A stretch of DNA of 64,000 nt from positions 287,246,001 to 287,310,000 of the forward strand of contig OZ024741.1 in assembly GCA_964016885.1 (NCBI GenBank), written 5' to 3'. Below are positions 28,146-43,594 of the stretch, in pieces; positions within the stretch are counted from its first letter, which is position 1; the number at the start of each line of letters is the position of its first letter. This DNA is from Eledone cirrhosa. Lineage: Eukaryota. The position numbers were made by a program, and so were the translations under genes. The notes beneath the pieces are model-generated. The model searched no databases and had not been told where the DNA came from. It worked only from the letters and a program-made list of their open reading frames with translations.

Positions 28146-28150
<5 letters not shown>
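24790..28150 (-). mobile_element. Apparently full-length PLE (~3.4 kb, CxCx5C linker, Hydra-like) between (TA)n tracts
   Basis: Complete N-terminus/RT/GIY-YIG coding region, ~1.1-kb 3' region with a ~135-bp tandem duplication (24940-25215) and an HHR-like end; the 3' end recurs at 54690-54797. Confidence 0.9.
25919..27990 (-). pseudogene. PLE RT-GIY-YIG polyprotein, broken by frameshifts
   Basis: Segments 27990-27880 (STKNIPVPS..LIEKT..FIKRLHWRA), 27880-26900 (DKTGNLY, TLKDHK, RLINP, QFDI, MGASDSAE, LYRDDGL), NYLDVTL/SNHP, IIWYNPPY, CNCRNPVDCP, IVYKC..AYI..T..FKQR. Confidence 0.9.
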
Positions 28151-28217
<67 letters not shown>

Positions 28218-28219
<2 letters not shown>

Positions 28220-28765
28220 GGAAAATTTTAACAGGAACAAAACAGAGAGGCAGTTCAACGAATGTTTATTAATTTCACGCTCTGGTGGTGGGGAACGACG
28301 TTTCGGGCATAAGCCCTTCCTCAGGTGAAAAGTGTGTGGGAAGAGAGTTCAAAGGGTGTGTAGGGGAGTGGTGGAGAGACATATAGCGAAAAGGGGTGGG
28401 AGGAAACGGTGCGAATGAAATTAAAAATAAAAATAAAAAATAAAAATAAAAATAAAGCATGATCAAAATAAAATGAAATGAAATAAAAATAAAAGCATGA
28501 TCAAAATAAAATGAAATTAAAAAGGGGTAAAACAGGTGGTGGAAGGGTGTGGGGTGTGTAGGGGTGGTGGCGGGTGGGGTGGGGAGAGGGTGGGGAAGAA
28601 CAGGGTTGCATGTTCAGGAAGAGGTGTGTGTGGGGTGGGGTGTAGGTCGGAGTGTGTGGATAGAGGGGTGGGGGAGAGGAATCCGGAGGCTGAAGGTGTA
28701 AATATGTGGTGGAAAGCACGTGTGTGTGGGGTTTAAGCGTGTTGTGGGTGTAGGTGGCGTGTGGG
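28218..28765 (-). mobile_element. 3' end of the Neptune-like PLE family, in (TA)n
   Basis: Homologous to 10135-10610; retains an HHR and a downstream AATAAA. Confidence 0.8.
28294..28327 (-). ncRNA. Minimal hammerhead ribozyme
   Basis: cac-CTGAGGA-aGGGC-ttat-GCCC-GAAA-CG-TC^gtt; ACGT palindromic stem III; stem I is weak. Confidence 0.7.
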
Positions 28766-29113
28766 ATATATATATATGATCTGTGTGAAATCCTTTTCTC
28801 GCTCACATCTCACCCAGATCGGATGGCCTGTATCTCTCGTCAATGATTTCACCGAACTTAAGTTCATAGATATCACGGACTTGTTTCTCATCTTCCTCTC
28901 TTTCCGTTACATTTCCATTTTTTTTTGCTTTACATGTCTCACTCTGCTTCACCCTATTTTACGTGTCCCAATAACTTTCTTTAGTTATTGCTCGCACCAA
29001 CCAGAGGTATATGATCTTTAATGCGAAGAAATACCAATGACGGTTAGAAGATCACTGATGAAGGACTAATTTTATTCATATGTACCCCATTTGCAACAAC
29101 GGATAACGCCTTT

Positions 29114-29151
<38 letters not shown>

Positions 29152-29339
29152 GCATACAGAATGTAACAGGTAAATTGGGTCCATTTAAATATCTTTATTG
29201 TAGTTGGTATAACTTGGAAAAATCAAACACTGTAAATTTTATGTTTATGCCGATTTATTGGGGAGTGTTTAGTACTTATTTCAGTTCAATGTGAACGCCA
29301 TTTGCTTTCTTTACCAGTTCATCCGTTTATTATGCGCAT

Positions 29340-29512
29340 GCCTTAACTATTTCTTCGTTTCTTCATTTTACCGAATGCTCGCTTGATCGAAGCTTTCAGT
29401 GAATACACCAATTGTAAGAGGTTGCGCTGGATATTGTTACAATATTGTATGTGTGTGTGTGTATATATATATATGTGTGTGTGTGTAAATTTGTACACAT
29501 ACACCAACGCAT

Positions 29513-29571
<59 letters not shown>

Positions 29572-29756
29572 AGTTATGACTTCGACGGCAGAGCTCAAGC
29601 CGTTTCGACGGCTATTTCAGTTCCAGAAATAGTCGTCGAAACGGCTTGAGCTCTGCCGTCGGGGTCATACCTTTTCCTATTACCCACTCTACTACCCTAA
29701 GTATTGAGTACTCTGGTGCGTTATTGTCCATCTGGTTCCTTACCACAACTCCTTCG

Positions 29757-29788
<32 letters not shown>

Positions 29789-29980
29789 CGAAGGAATTGT
29801 GGTAATATATATATACCATGTGTATGTGTACAAATCTACACACACACACATATATATATATACACATACACAATATTGTCACAATATCCAACGCAACTTC
29901 TTACAATTGGTGTCTTCACTGAAAGCTTCGATCAAGCGAGCATTCGGTAAAATGAAAAAAAGGAAGAAATAGTTAAGGCA
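29340..29980. repeat. ~175-bp inverted duplication enclosing (TA)n and a family A fold-back element (29567-29758)
   Basis: 29340-29518 is the reverse complement of 29812-29980 with mismatches; 29788-29805 is an inverted copy of the element's own terminus. Confidence 0.85.
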
Positions 29981-30182
29981 TATATGAAATAGTTAAGTAC
30001 ATATATGTACCAAGTTTACTTGGTGAAGAGGGTGATTTTGGACACTCTGCAGGACAAATAACAAAACCGGACAAAGGGCGGGAGAACTCATAAGAGACAA
30101 CGGCTATTCAAAAATCTGTAAATAGGTTTATATACTATACACATGTACATATGTATGTATATGTATATGTGTATATACATGG

Positions 30183-31118
30183 GTGCATGTGTGTGTATAT
30201 GCGCGTGGACATAGAAATAGTCGGGCTGGACACCCGATGGCGAATGAAATTCACCAAATCTTCAACGATACTGACCATCACGTCGATTTCACCATCGAAC
30301 ACCCAGGAGAAGACGGGTCACTCGCCCTCCTCGACTTCCGTATCAACATCTCGGAAGAAGGAGACATAAACACCACCTTCTACCGCAAAGCAGCGTGCAA
30401 GGACTTATTTGTGCATTATAACTCAGCCCTCCCCAACAACGCTAAGAGAGGCTATGTCCTAAATGAACTGACACGGATCACTAACAGATGCAGCGACCCG
30501 ATGGGTGGTCTCACCCATACCACGCAATTCCGTAATCTACTCAGATCTAATGGTTATCCCAAGCGACTGATTAACGGAATTAGAGACCCCAGACCCAATA
30601 GACAGACACCCACTAGAAACTTAAATAAAAGCAGGTGCTTCTTTAAAATCTCCCACCTGAGTGAATATACCACGAACGCCATCCGCAGGGCCATACGGAC
30701 GGAGGGACTTGACATACATTTGGCCCACACAGGACCTTCGCTGCGAAGATGCCTCTCCAACAAACCCGACGAGTCAGATGGGACGTGTTCCCTCAGCAAC
30801 TGCCCGATACGGGGTGCAGATTGCCTACGCACCTATGTCGTATATAAGATTCAATGCGATAAATGTAACAAGTTTTACATAGGTAGCACCATCCGACCCC
30901 TACATGTTCGTATCAAGGAACATATCAACACCAACGCATCTTCCTTCCGTAAACACATCCTTAAATGCGGAAACCCACAGGGTAGACCCTTGGTCACAGT
31001 CCTAGCGACTGAACGCAGCATCGGATCCTTAAGGATAAAGGAAGCACTTGTTATTAAGAACCTCAGACCCCCACTTAACAACCGGGCTGAGAGAAATGAG
31101 CTGACATGGCTAACTTAA
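30183..31118 (+). CDS. 5'-truncated Penelope/Poseidon-like ORF: RT C-terminus plus GIY-YIG endonuclease (start of the track ORF is flanking DNA)
   Basis: VDFTIEHP..GSLALLDFRI..TTFYRK..HYNSALP..L RSNGYP..C...C...C..TYVVYKIQCDKCNKFYIGSTIRPLHVRIKEH..LRIKEALVIKNLRPPLN; open to its stop; 3' region runs to (TA)n at 31950. Confidence 0.85.
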   Translation: MHVCVYARGHRNSRAGHPMANEIHQIFNDTDHHVDFTIEHPGEDGSLALLDFRINISEEGDINTTFYRKAACKDLFVHYNSALPNNAKRGYVLNELTRITNRCSDPMGGLTHTTQFRNLLRSNGYPKRLINGIRDPRPNRQTPTRNLNKSRCFFKISHLSEYTTNAIRRAIRTEGLDIHLAHTGPSLRRCLSNKPDESDGTCSLSNCPIRGADCLRTYVVYKIQCDKCNKFYIGSTIRPLHVRIKEHINTNASSFRKHILKCGNPQGRPLVTVLATERSIGSLRIKEALVIKNLRPPLNNRAERNELTWLT

Positions 31119-31722
31119 CCATAGTGACCATTCACAGCCTACGGCCTGCTATCTTCACACACACGCACGTATATGCATACCCATACGCAAACACACACAC
31201 ATCTATATTTATACACGCACACATGTTTTTACAACCTACCACCTTTCACACCCTTTGATTTCCAGCTTCTACAGCCCACTATCTTTCACACACAAACGCA
31301 CTCACACATATACACACACAGTTACACACACATGTATATCCATACGCTTACACACACACATCTATATTTATACACGCACACATGTTTTACAACCTACCAC
31401 CTTTCACACCCTTTGATTTCCAGCTTCTACAGCCCACTATCTTTCACACACACACACACTCACACATATACACACTTACACTTATACACACACAGTTACA
31501 CACACATATATATTTACACACACATATCTTACGGCTTTCACACGCTAGCGCACCCTCTTGATTTAACCCATTTGGTCAGTAGCTTTTGCCACAGCCTATC
31601 ACGCGCACGCGCATTCTTTCCCTCGTTTAAATTTGAAATAATTTTCTCCCCATAACGGCATTCCTGTCTTAACGACATCACAACTTTCTCCGCTTGGCCT
31701 GTTTCCCCCCCTTTTGGAACTT

Positions 31723-31758
31723 TCCCCCGTTGATGGGCGTGAGCCCGAAATATTGGGA
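31723..31758 (+). ncRNA. Hammerhead ribozyme-like motif with variant core
   Basis: TCCC-CCGTTGA-tGGGC-gtga-GCCC-GAAA-TA-TT^GGGA; stems are intact but the core has two deviations from CTGANGA. Confidence 0.65.
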
Positions 31759-31948
31759 TTAAATCTCCACTACGGTAACCCTTCTACCTTTGTTTTGTTT
31801 TCATCTTTGTCTCTCTCAATTTTCACTTTCACCTGTTTTTCCTATCTATCTTTCACTTCCTACCTCGAGATTTCCCTCTGCATTGTTGTGGCTTTCTTAA
31901 CTACGTATTTTACACATTTCACAATGCTTCAAGCAAACTTTAACACCC

Positions 31949-32025
<77 letters not shown>

Positions 32026-32122
32026 AAGGTTTACATATATATAAAGTCATAGATATATATGTGTTTTGCAACGGGTCACGTTGTGGCTCAATAAAGAATT
32101 AATAAATTAAATAATCAGAGCT

Positions 32123-32626
32123 ATATATCATAAAACATGTCTTTAGTATCACTAGATAAAATATATACCATTTCCTCTCCCAATTAGCATAATTAACCAT
32201 ATAAAAATCAATTAGACCAAGCTATAAGAATAAAGGCTCCTATGAAGAAATCTCCAACAAATAACCGAAAGCAGCTCCTTCGCGGCGGCTACGACGGAGT
32301 ATTTATCGAACATTTCGACAGCATGTAGAAATCGACCAGCATGTAGAAATGCGTACATATTTAAATATGTACGCATTTCTTCTAAGTTTATTTTACACCT
32401 AATTGTGTTTAGTTGACTGTATATCTGGTCGATTTCTACATGCTGTCGAAATGTTCGATAAATACTCCGTCGTAGCCACCGCGAAGGGGCTGCTTTCGGT
32501 TATTCTTCATAGGAGCCTTTATTCTTATAGCTTGGTCTAATTGATTTTTATATGGTTAATTATGCTAATTGGGAGAGGAAATGGTATATATTTTATCTAG
32601 TGATTCTAAAGACATGTTTCATGATA
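32123..32626. repeat. ~215-bp inverted repeat with a nested palindrome at ~32346-32380
   Basis: 32123-32339 is the reverse complement of 32425-32626 with one indel; inner agaaatgcgtacatattt|aaatatgtacgcatttct. Confidence 0.9.
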
Positions 32627-32641
32627 TATATATATATATAT

Positions 32642-32765
32642 AAAGGAATTGTGGTAAGGAACCAGATGCACCATAACGCACCAGAGTACTCAATATTTAG
32701 GGTAGTAGAGTTGGAAATAACCGTCGAAACGCCTTGAGCTCTGCCGTCGGGGTCATACTTTTTCA
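32642..32765. mobile_element. Family A fold-back remnant: inverted tail joined to an HHR 3' half
   Basis: 32642-32712 is the reverse complement of the family A tail; 32713-32765 carries GAAACG..GCCGTC^GGGG. Confidence 0.75.
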
Positions 32766-32786
32766 TATATATATATATATATATAC

Positions 32787-32846
<60 letters not shown>

Positions 32847-33775
32847 CTGTGTGTGTGTGTGTCCGTCTGGCTTTTAATTTAACCGAAACTTATTCCTCAG
32901 TAGAACACAAAGTTCACCAGTGTCAGGGGTGTGGAGGTTGTGTATCTGATTTAATCAACTGCAGTCACTGATTAGTTTCGTTAAACTGGAGGGGAAGATG
33001 AGTGTGGAGATGACTGGCAAAGTTGAACACGGTCAGGATTTCAATTCACAATGTAACGCCATGATGCTTTCATTGTTATTGCTTCTACTGCTGTTGCTGA
33101 TGTTTTGTTGTTGTTGCTGTTGCTGATGCTGTTGATGTTGTTGCTGTTCCAGTAGTCGTTGTTGTTATTGTTGTTGTTACTGCTCTTGCTATAGTTGTCG
33201 CTCTTGTTATTGCTGCTGTTGTTGCTGATATTGTTCATATTGTTCGTTTTGTTGTTGTTCCTGTTCTAGTTGTTGTTGTTGTTGTTCCAGTTGTTACTTT
33301 TTGTGTTTTAGTTGTTGTGGCCGCCCACAGATTTCAGTCATGTGATATATAGTTACCATATTGCGGCACTGGTATTTTTATCAAACACTACCTTACGAAC
33401 AATATACAAGCAGTAAACCTTACGGAGGACACACACACTCTCACAGAGAAACCCATATAATGACCAAATAGTCAAGTGTCATTTACCATAGCTTTGAGTC
33501 GACCCCCCATACGTTATGAGTAAAATTGGGTAGACAGGGACATTTTTGAAGCCCATTAGATGGACTATAACTGTAATTAAAATGGCCTGGCCTTAGCTAT
33601 ACACTGCAACACGCTGAATCTCACTGGGAATTACGTTATGGGTACACGTGTCTATGGAATTCCCAACCACTGACACGTTAAATTCACGAGCAGGCTGTTT
33701 CATTGATCAAACAACGGGAACACTCATTGTCGAAACCAACTAATATCTATTTCACACACACACACATATATATAT

Positions 33776-33806
<31 letters not shown>

Positions 33807-33820
33807 ACTAAAATGACCTC

Positions 33821-35837
<2,017 letters not shown>

Positions 35838-36457
35838 CTGGCTAAATATTAAGTTGGTATGACATATATACGCACATGAAAATATATAAAGAATGTGTGA
35901 CAAAATATGTTGCAACCAATACAGGAGTGAGCAGATTTTAATATTAAAGCAGACGTGTGCTGTTGCTTTTTATTGATTGAACACGTGTGGCTCACTTGTT
36001 TTAGTCGTATCTCCTTTCGTGCAGGAGATAGAGGGGGAGGTTCAATACTGAACCAAGCGTATTTGTGGCTTTAGTGACAACTCTATGTTGAACCTCTGTC
36101 GTTCACTTTCTTCACTTTCTTTATCTCTGTTTCTTTCTCTCTTCGTTCATGCATTGTTAACTTACTTTCTTAGTTCCATCTTACAGTACTCTATTTAATT
36201 TCATGTGCTGACTTTCAAATTCTCACTTCTTCATTCTCTCCATTTTCCATCACATTCTTTTGTAGTGAAGACGATATCTCATGACGACCACGGTTAACGC
36301 AGCTTGACAACAGACAAACAAACATATAAACGAATGAGTATAGGTTCAGGTGTGAGAAAAAATACTTCCTGAGTCTAAGGAACTCATTTGCTAAGTTTTA
36401 ACACGATTTCTCGACTGGTTTTTAAGTGCATTGGAGACAAACAGGCAATCAAGGGAG

Positions 36458-36547
<90 letters not shown>

Positions 36548-36919
36548 GTTTACGAAATCACAAAACCACAAGAGGCGTTGCACAACACTTTTGACATTGT
36601 AACATTTTTTAAAAATATATATACTATATATGTGTGTGTAGGTGTCTGTGTGTATGAATGTGTGTATGAATGTGTATATATGCGTGCGTGTGGTTGTGTA
36701 TCTGTGTGTGAGTATGTATGTGTATGTTTATGTATATATATATATGTATGTGTATATATGGATATATATATATACATATATATATGTGTGTGTGTATATG
36801 TATATATGTGAGTCTGTATGTGTATACACATATATATATACAAATATATATATATATATACAAATATATATATATATATACAAATATATATATATATATA
36901 CAAATATATATATATATAT

Positions 36920-36951
<32 letters not shown>

Positions 36952-36960
<9 letters not shown>

Positions 36961-37494
36961 TAAACAAATAATGAACAAACAATTCCTTATATTAAACAAA
37001 AAAAGTTCACTATTTAACGATCGTTTCTAGGGTATATATGTGTTATAATTGGTATGCATATTCAACAGATCTATGTACAAAATTATACAAAATTATACAA
37101 ATTATCAAGATTAAATATACATACCTAACACATATATACGCCGTCTTCAGAAATAAATTTATTTCTGAAGACGGCGTATATATGTGTTAGGTATGTATAT
37201 TTAATCTTGATAATTTGTATAATTTTGTATAATTTTGTACATAGATCTGTTGAATATGCATACCAATTATAACACATATATACCCTAGAAACGATCGTTA
37301 AATAGTGAACTTTTTTTGTTTAATATAAGGAATTGTTTGTTCATTATTTGTTTAATATTTTATCTTGACTCTGTATACCGTTTATCTTTCACCGAAAGTG
37401 GACTTTCATTACATCTCTTCTTTCCATGATATCCGGAATACATTGAGTTCTTCATACGGATTGGACACTACCGTAAACTCTTGGTAGATTTATC

Positions 37495-37497
<3 letters not shown>
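36952..37497. repeat. Spacerless ~412-bp palindrome (36952-37363) plus ~134-nt tail, in (TA)n
   Basis: Centre aaataaa|tttattt at 37157/37158; arms appear identical by eye. Confidence 0.9.
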
Positions 37498-37543
<46 letters not shown>

Positions 37544-38013
37544 CTGTAAATATGGTGTGTTAACTGACTTATGTATACAGTGAGTTTATTTGCCCTAGGT
37601 GTCAGAAAGATATTCTGAGAGAAAAGGAAACAATACTGAAGGAAGAGGAAAAACAAACAGTAATATTAATAATAATAGTAAGGATTTAGATCGATATCCA
37701 GTGGTCTAGATCCCGTTGTTTATTAAGGAGTGAGAGACGAAAGACAAACATTAATATATGGCTGTTAAACTACAAAAAAAACATACAGTTTTGTGTGACG
37801 TTAGGAAAAATGTCTGTCATCTATTAAAGCAGGTGGAACATGAGTGAAACAAAGAAAATAGAAAAAGGGAAAAAAAGCAAGAAAAACACAAGAAGAATGT
37901 AAGATATTGGGTTTAAAAATGTCAGCCATTGCAATAAAAGGTCGAGAAGAGATAAATACGTTCGTCACATTAGTAGATAAACGGAAGGAAATTAACAGGG
38001 GACAAGACAAAGA

Positions 38014-38069
<56 letters not shown>

Positions 38070-38083
38070 GCGTGTGTGTGTGT

Positions 38084-38142
<59 letters not shown>

Positions 38143-38366
38143 TGTATGTGTGTGTAGGTACGTCAATACTCATCGTTTTCTATTTGCTAGAGGGTTCTAA
38201 GCCCCACTATCAGGCTAAATTTACTTTAGTAAAAAAAATACACCGATAGCTTCTAAACATACTTACTTGTTATATATCTATCTATCTAGGGCGGGTAAAA
38301 TTCCCGAAATCCATGGACGAGTTCTCACCAGCGGTCTCTGTCCCTCATTAGCGCTGCCATGCCCTG

Positions 38367-38456
<90 letters not shown>

Positions 38457-38459
38457 ATA

Positions 38460-38796
<337 letters not shown>

Positions 38797-38898
38797 AAAC
38801 GAAAAATCATTGATGCATCGGAAGTCAATTTATTGTGTGTTACAATTGTAGAATGCTCAACCGCCATGCCGCCTGTGGAAGCATCTTAGCTACCATTA

Positions 38899-38930
<32 letters not shown>

Positions 38931-38935
<5 letters not shown>

Positions 38936-39060
38936 GTGGTTACACAACAGTTAGTTCACCAGTTAGTGAACTAACTGTTGTGTAACCACTTCTACCTAAC
39001 TCGTCCCTTGGACTGAGTGCTTTACCACTCCGGATATTAGCTTCCAGTGTTCCACCACCA
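38931..39060. mobile_element. Minimal fold-back insert (~29-bp arms plus ~66-nt tail) in (TA)n
   Basis: tagaagtggttacacaacagttagttcac / gtgaactaactgttgtgtaaccacttcta. Confidence 0.7.
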
Positions 39061-39629
39061 TATATATATATAGGTAAACGAAGCCATAGGAATTGTATTC
39101 ATTATGACTCCACCTGCTCTAATTCTCTAAATATGCTCTCAATTAGATGAGATTTAAACGTGGGACCACACAACCCTGTACCCAGAGTGTACATAATACG
39201 TTATTCGTATATTCGTAATGGGGGCGGTTCCATGGTTCCATATAGAATATGGTAAATATATAAAAACCGTCCCGGATCTTCTGGACCTGCAGATTCTATG
39301 AGGCGCCGTTACAGCATATTTGGTAATTTAAACTTGACGGAGCCCATCTCTTCATTAAGTCTGAACACAGCGGATGTCTTCCAGAGAAGTAGATAGATAG
39401 AGTAAATGGAAGAGAGTGAAAGAGGAAGATAGAACCAGATATAGAGAAAGAATCGACACCACTACTGGACTGGCACTTTTTCATCCATCTCGAAAGGATG
39501 AAAGATAAAATTGACGTTGAAGAGACTTGATCTGAGAGAGTGGAGAGAATCCCGCAAAGTATTCTACCTGATGTTCTAACGACTCAGCCAATTCACCACC
39601 TGTCTTAAACGTATATAAGAAATTAATAT

Positions 39630-39751
<122 letters not shown>

Positions 39752-41411
39752 GCGTGTGTGCGCATCTGTGTGTGTACAATTAAGTCTCATTTTGTGTGAA
39801 ATAGATGTGAGCAGTTGCGTGTGTGTGAGAATATGTATGTGTATGTCAGTGTTAGTCTGTGAGAATTTAATTTACTGCATGTCTATGTGTCTGTGTGTGT
39901 GTGTGTGTACAATATGTGTCGTTGGCACGTCAATCTGTGTGAAATTTATGCGTGTGTATGTGAGTGTATGTGTATATACTAGTAAGTAGGTTAAGGTGAA
40001 GAAGACTATATATTTGAATATATGTATGTGTATAGTGTGTGAATGTATGTATTTGGGTATACAAATGTACAAGAGTATATGTAATTATGTATATATGTAT
40101 TTATGTATGTAAATAACTGTAAAATAGGTAAGCATGTACTTCAATACGTATGTATGTATGTATGTACGTATGTGTGTGCATGCGTGCTCTACGTGTGTAT
40201 ATATTAATATCTGTTATATGCGTATATGTGTATATGTATTTACAAATGTAAATAACCGTTAAATATGTAAGCATATATTTCAATGTGTATGTATGTACTT
40301 ATGTGTGTGCATGCGTGATATATATGTGTCTGTATGTTAACGTCAGTATATATGGGCATATGTATTTATGTATGTAAATAACTGTAAAATATATGAGTAT
40401 GTATTTCAATGTGTATGTATGTACATATGTGTGCGTGCATGTGTGATGTATGTGTGTGTGTATGTTAATGCCTGTGTATATGTATATAAAATATATGTAT
40501 ATATGTATGTATATACGACTAGAGGCCTTATCAACACCACATTTGTTTTAGACATCATTGATTTCTTATATCAGATATGTTGATTATTGTGAAGATTGTT
40601 GGCACCAATAATAGAAGTCACTTTCTCTCTACACTTGCTACATTTTCCACAGAGAAATATCTCATCTATCTGAATGGAATGGACCTCCACCTTGTTTCGA
40701 CGATGATTGTTCCAGTCATTCAATCAACTAAAGAGTCTTCTTATTAAATAAAAATGTGTAAGTGACTGAGCATTCCTCAAACACTAAAAGTTCAATGCAA
40801 TTTTCAGGGAGATTCAGCTTGACACAGTGAACCCAAGACCTAATGATTATGACTCGAAGTTTTTAATCAGTCAACCATGCTATACTACTACCTTCACATC
40901 TTTCTAAATACCAGCTTTTTATATAAATGTATTGAGCAAAGAGGTAGCACTTATGTGATCGCTCTAGATGATAAAAATGCTACCTGTATTTCTCTCAAAT
41001 CACACCAAACTGTCTTAAATAAGGAATAGAATGAAAAGAAAGATGCCCTCCTAATTTTACTAATCAGCCCCAGTTATGCATCAATAGATTTTTCCATTAT
41101 TTGTTTTCGCTTTTTATCTGCATATGCTGCAGGGTGTAATTCATAATAGACTTCACCGACCTTTTGTCAAAAGAGTCTCCGATTTTTCTACACAACCCAA
41201 GATATATAAGATATTTCGAAACCTTTAACATGTATTGTAACACCTTTTATATATGAAATATACATTTATGTAGATAATGGAAAGTTATTTGTTTATGTAC
41301 TCGTTTGACTATGTTGTGGACCTTCGTAAACGTTTATTAAAGTTGCTGGTTTCCTTGCCGCAGGATCAACGATATTATCCAATGCGATATGTTGTATGTT
41401 GACAATACAGA

Positions 41412-41590
41412 GGGCGGTGGATTGGCGATATTGGGATGCCATGCTTTCCAGCATAGTTACGTTCCTTTACGATCTGAGTTCAAATCCCGCCGAAATTAAC
41501 TTTGCCTTTCATCTTTTCGGAGTCGATAAAATAAAGTACCAGTAATGTACTGGGTTATTGCTTTCCTTGTGCCAAAAGTACAAACAATTA
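41412..41590 (+). mobile_element. SINE copy
   Basis: Same core as the 4395-5915 cluster; further copies at ~39470-39600 (-), 50355-50445, 51135-51260 and 51502-51695. Confidence 0.8.
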
Positions 41591-43323
41591 TTAACGTTAC
41601 ATGGCACATTCTTACAATTTTTAAGATTTTAAAAATTAACAAGACAAGGATATAGCTCGTTAATGTAAGCAACAAAAACCAGTGTTTAAACAACGAGTGT
41701 TTTCTTTAGAGCACTGGATTCATTTCAAATCGTTTGTCGTCAATTTGATTGCTTACACGAGGAAGATATCCTAAGAAAAACCATTAACAGTATTGTGTGG
41801 ATCTTATCTCCAATATATTGAAAATAATTTATATTTACCAGCACAGGACGACATTTTATATTTAAAGATTGAATTAATATAATATAAACGAATATAAGGA
41901 TTAATTCTATTCCGTATCTTATCAATTTGTAAAAAATTTATTTTCAATATAAGAATACAAATCTAATTTGTCATCAATTTGAAATAAGAATTTTTTATGG
42001 GATGCTGATAATTCTTTCTTTTCAAATATAAGCAGCTTAAATTTTGTTTGTGATGAAATACGAATGCATTTATTCTATGATCTCGCTAATCTGCGAAACG
42101 TATGCTTTATCTTAGCAAGCTATGATCATATAAGGATGTGAAAACTTATTTGTCAGACTTCTGTAATATCATTTTTAACATGTAACAATGATCTAGATGA
42201 TTTTTTTCAATACAAATTTATATTTGCTTTTATTTTTTGTGTTTTCTCCTCTCTCTCTAATACACACATTAGAAGAGATCATTGGATAGTTGGCTGGCTA
42301 AGCGAATATATAGTTAGAGTTACTGTGATTGTACTCAATCTTTGTAGTTCTTCGATTAGTAATAAAGAGAAGGCAGTCAAGAAAAGATAAATAAACACCA
42401 AATAGGACATTATATCTATCGATCAGTACTTGGATCAATCCTGTTTGTGAAAAAATATCAGTTTCTATAGTATTTAGAAGGTTTCCTACAAAGTAGTCAC
42501 AACACCAAATGTTTAGGGATAACAAAGTCGATTACATCTGTCCCGGTATTTCACTGATTCTTATGTTACCGACCAAAGAATAAAGTAACATCACGGCAGT
42601 TGACTGATGCCTTTACCAGCAACAGTATATTTGAGAGTATAGTGGGAGAATACATAAAACGGCTGAAATGTTATCGGGGGTGAAAACAGAATAAGCACAA
42701 CAGTCTAAATGTCTTACATCTGTTTCTGGTGTTAACACTCCACAAGTCTGCCCCGAATGAGCAAAACTATGACCAATTGTATTCAAAATGTATTTTAGTA
42801 ATTTACCAATAAAATCAGAATAATATACAATCGAGATTTTAACTTAGTTGAGGAGGGCCATCTCGTCCATATAAACGGTATGCAAATGCCAAAACTCTCC
42901 TCTATGGTGAACTCACTACATGGAAGTGAATAGCAAACAACAAGAGGAAAAGCACTAATAGTATAGCCTAAAAATAGCATTGTAAGTAATTTGTATTGAT
43001 TAGAATACTGGGAAGAACCCATGTAGAACAGGCCCTTAGTACACATTCCCATCAACATTGTAAAAAATTATCTCGATTGACACGTACCCAGGCAATGAAA
43101 ACCAAACATGAGTTCCACAAACGCCGGTTGTCAAGTATCTCAAATGACTTCACGTATCACATGTAGCAGTTATTTCTGTACAAGAATTAAAGTAACAGTC
43201 ATCTATAGATAAAGCTTTGGCTCTCAATCACGTAGCCAACGTCATAGCCTTCACCGATCACCAATAGGAGAACACACATTGGTAGAGATTTGTTGTGGAA
43301 TTAATTCAAGACTGCATATGGGA

Positions 43324-43594
43324 ATCGGTCATATGGGACTGATGTTGGCGGGAATAATAACGGCTTTTACTGTGGGTTGAGGAGGTGCTTTATTAAGAAT
43401 AATTTGTCATGGTAATTTGTCATGGTATGTTTTGTTTAGGAAATTTAATTTATGCGAAGGTGAATAGACGAAGATTATTTTTATATGGTGGAATAATTAA
43501 TTATAGTCCTATAAGATTATTTATATTTTTATTAGGTATTTGTAACATAGAGGTTCCTCCATTTGTGGATTTAGTAAATGAAGTAATATTATAT
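43324..43594 (+). pseudogene. nad4: Nuclear mitochondrial insertion (NUMT) of NADH dehydrogenase subunit 4
   Basis: Invertebrate mitochondrial code gives IGHMGLMLAGMMTAFTVGWGGALLSMICHG...MFCLGNLIY..VNSRSLFL.GG..NYSP...NM..PPF..L..E; a small tandem duplication (taatttgtcatgg) disrupts the frame. Confidence 0.8.

Noticed and set aside
37165-37410. CTGAAGA ... CCGAAAGTGGACTT as a hammerhead with a giant stem II
   Set aside because: No stem I complementarity.
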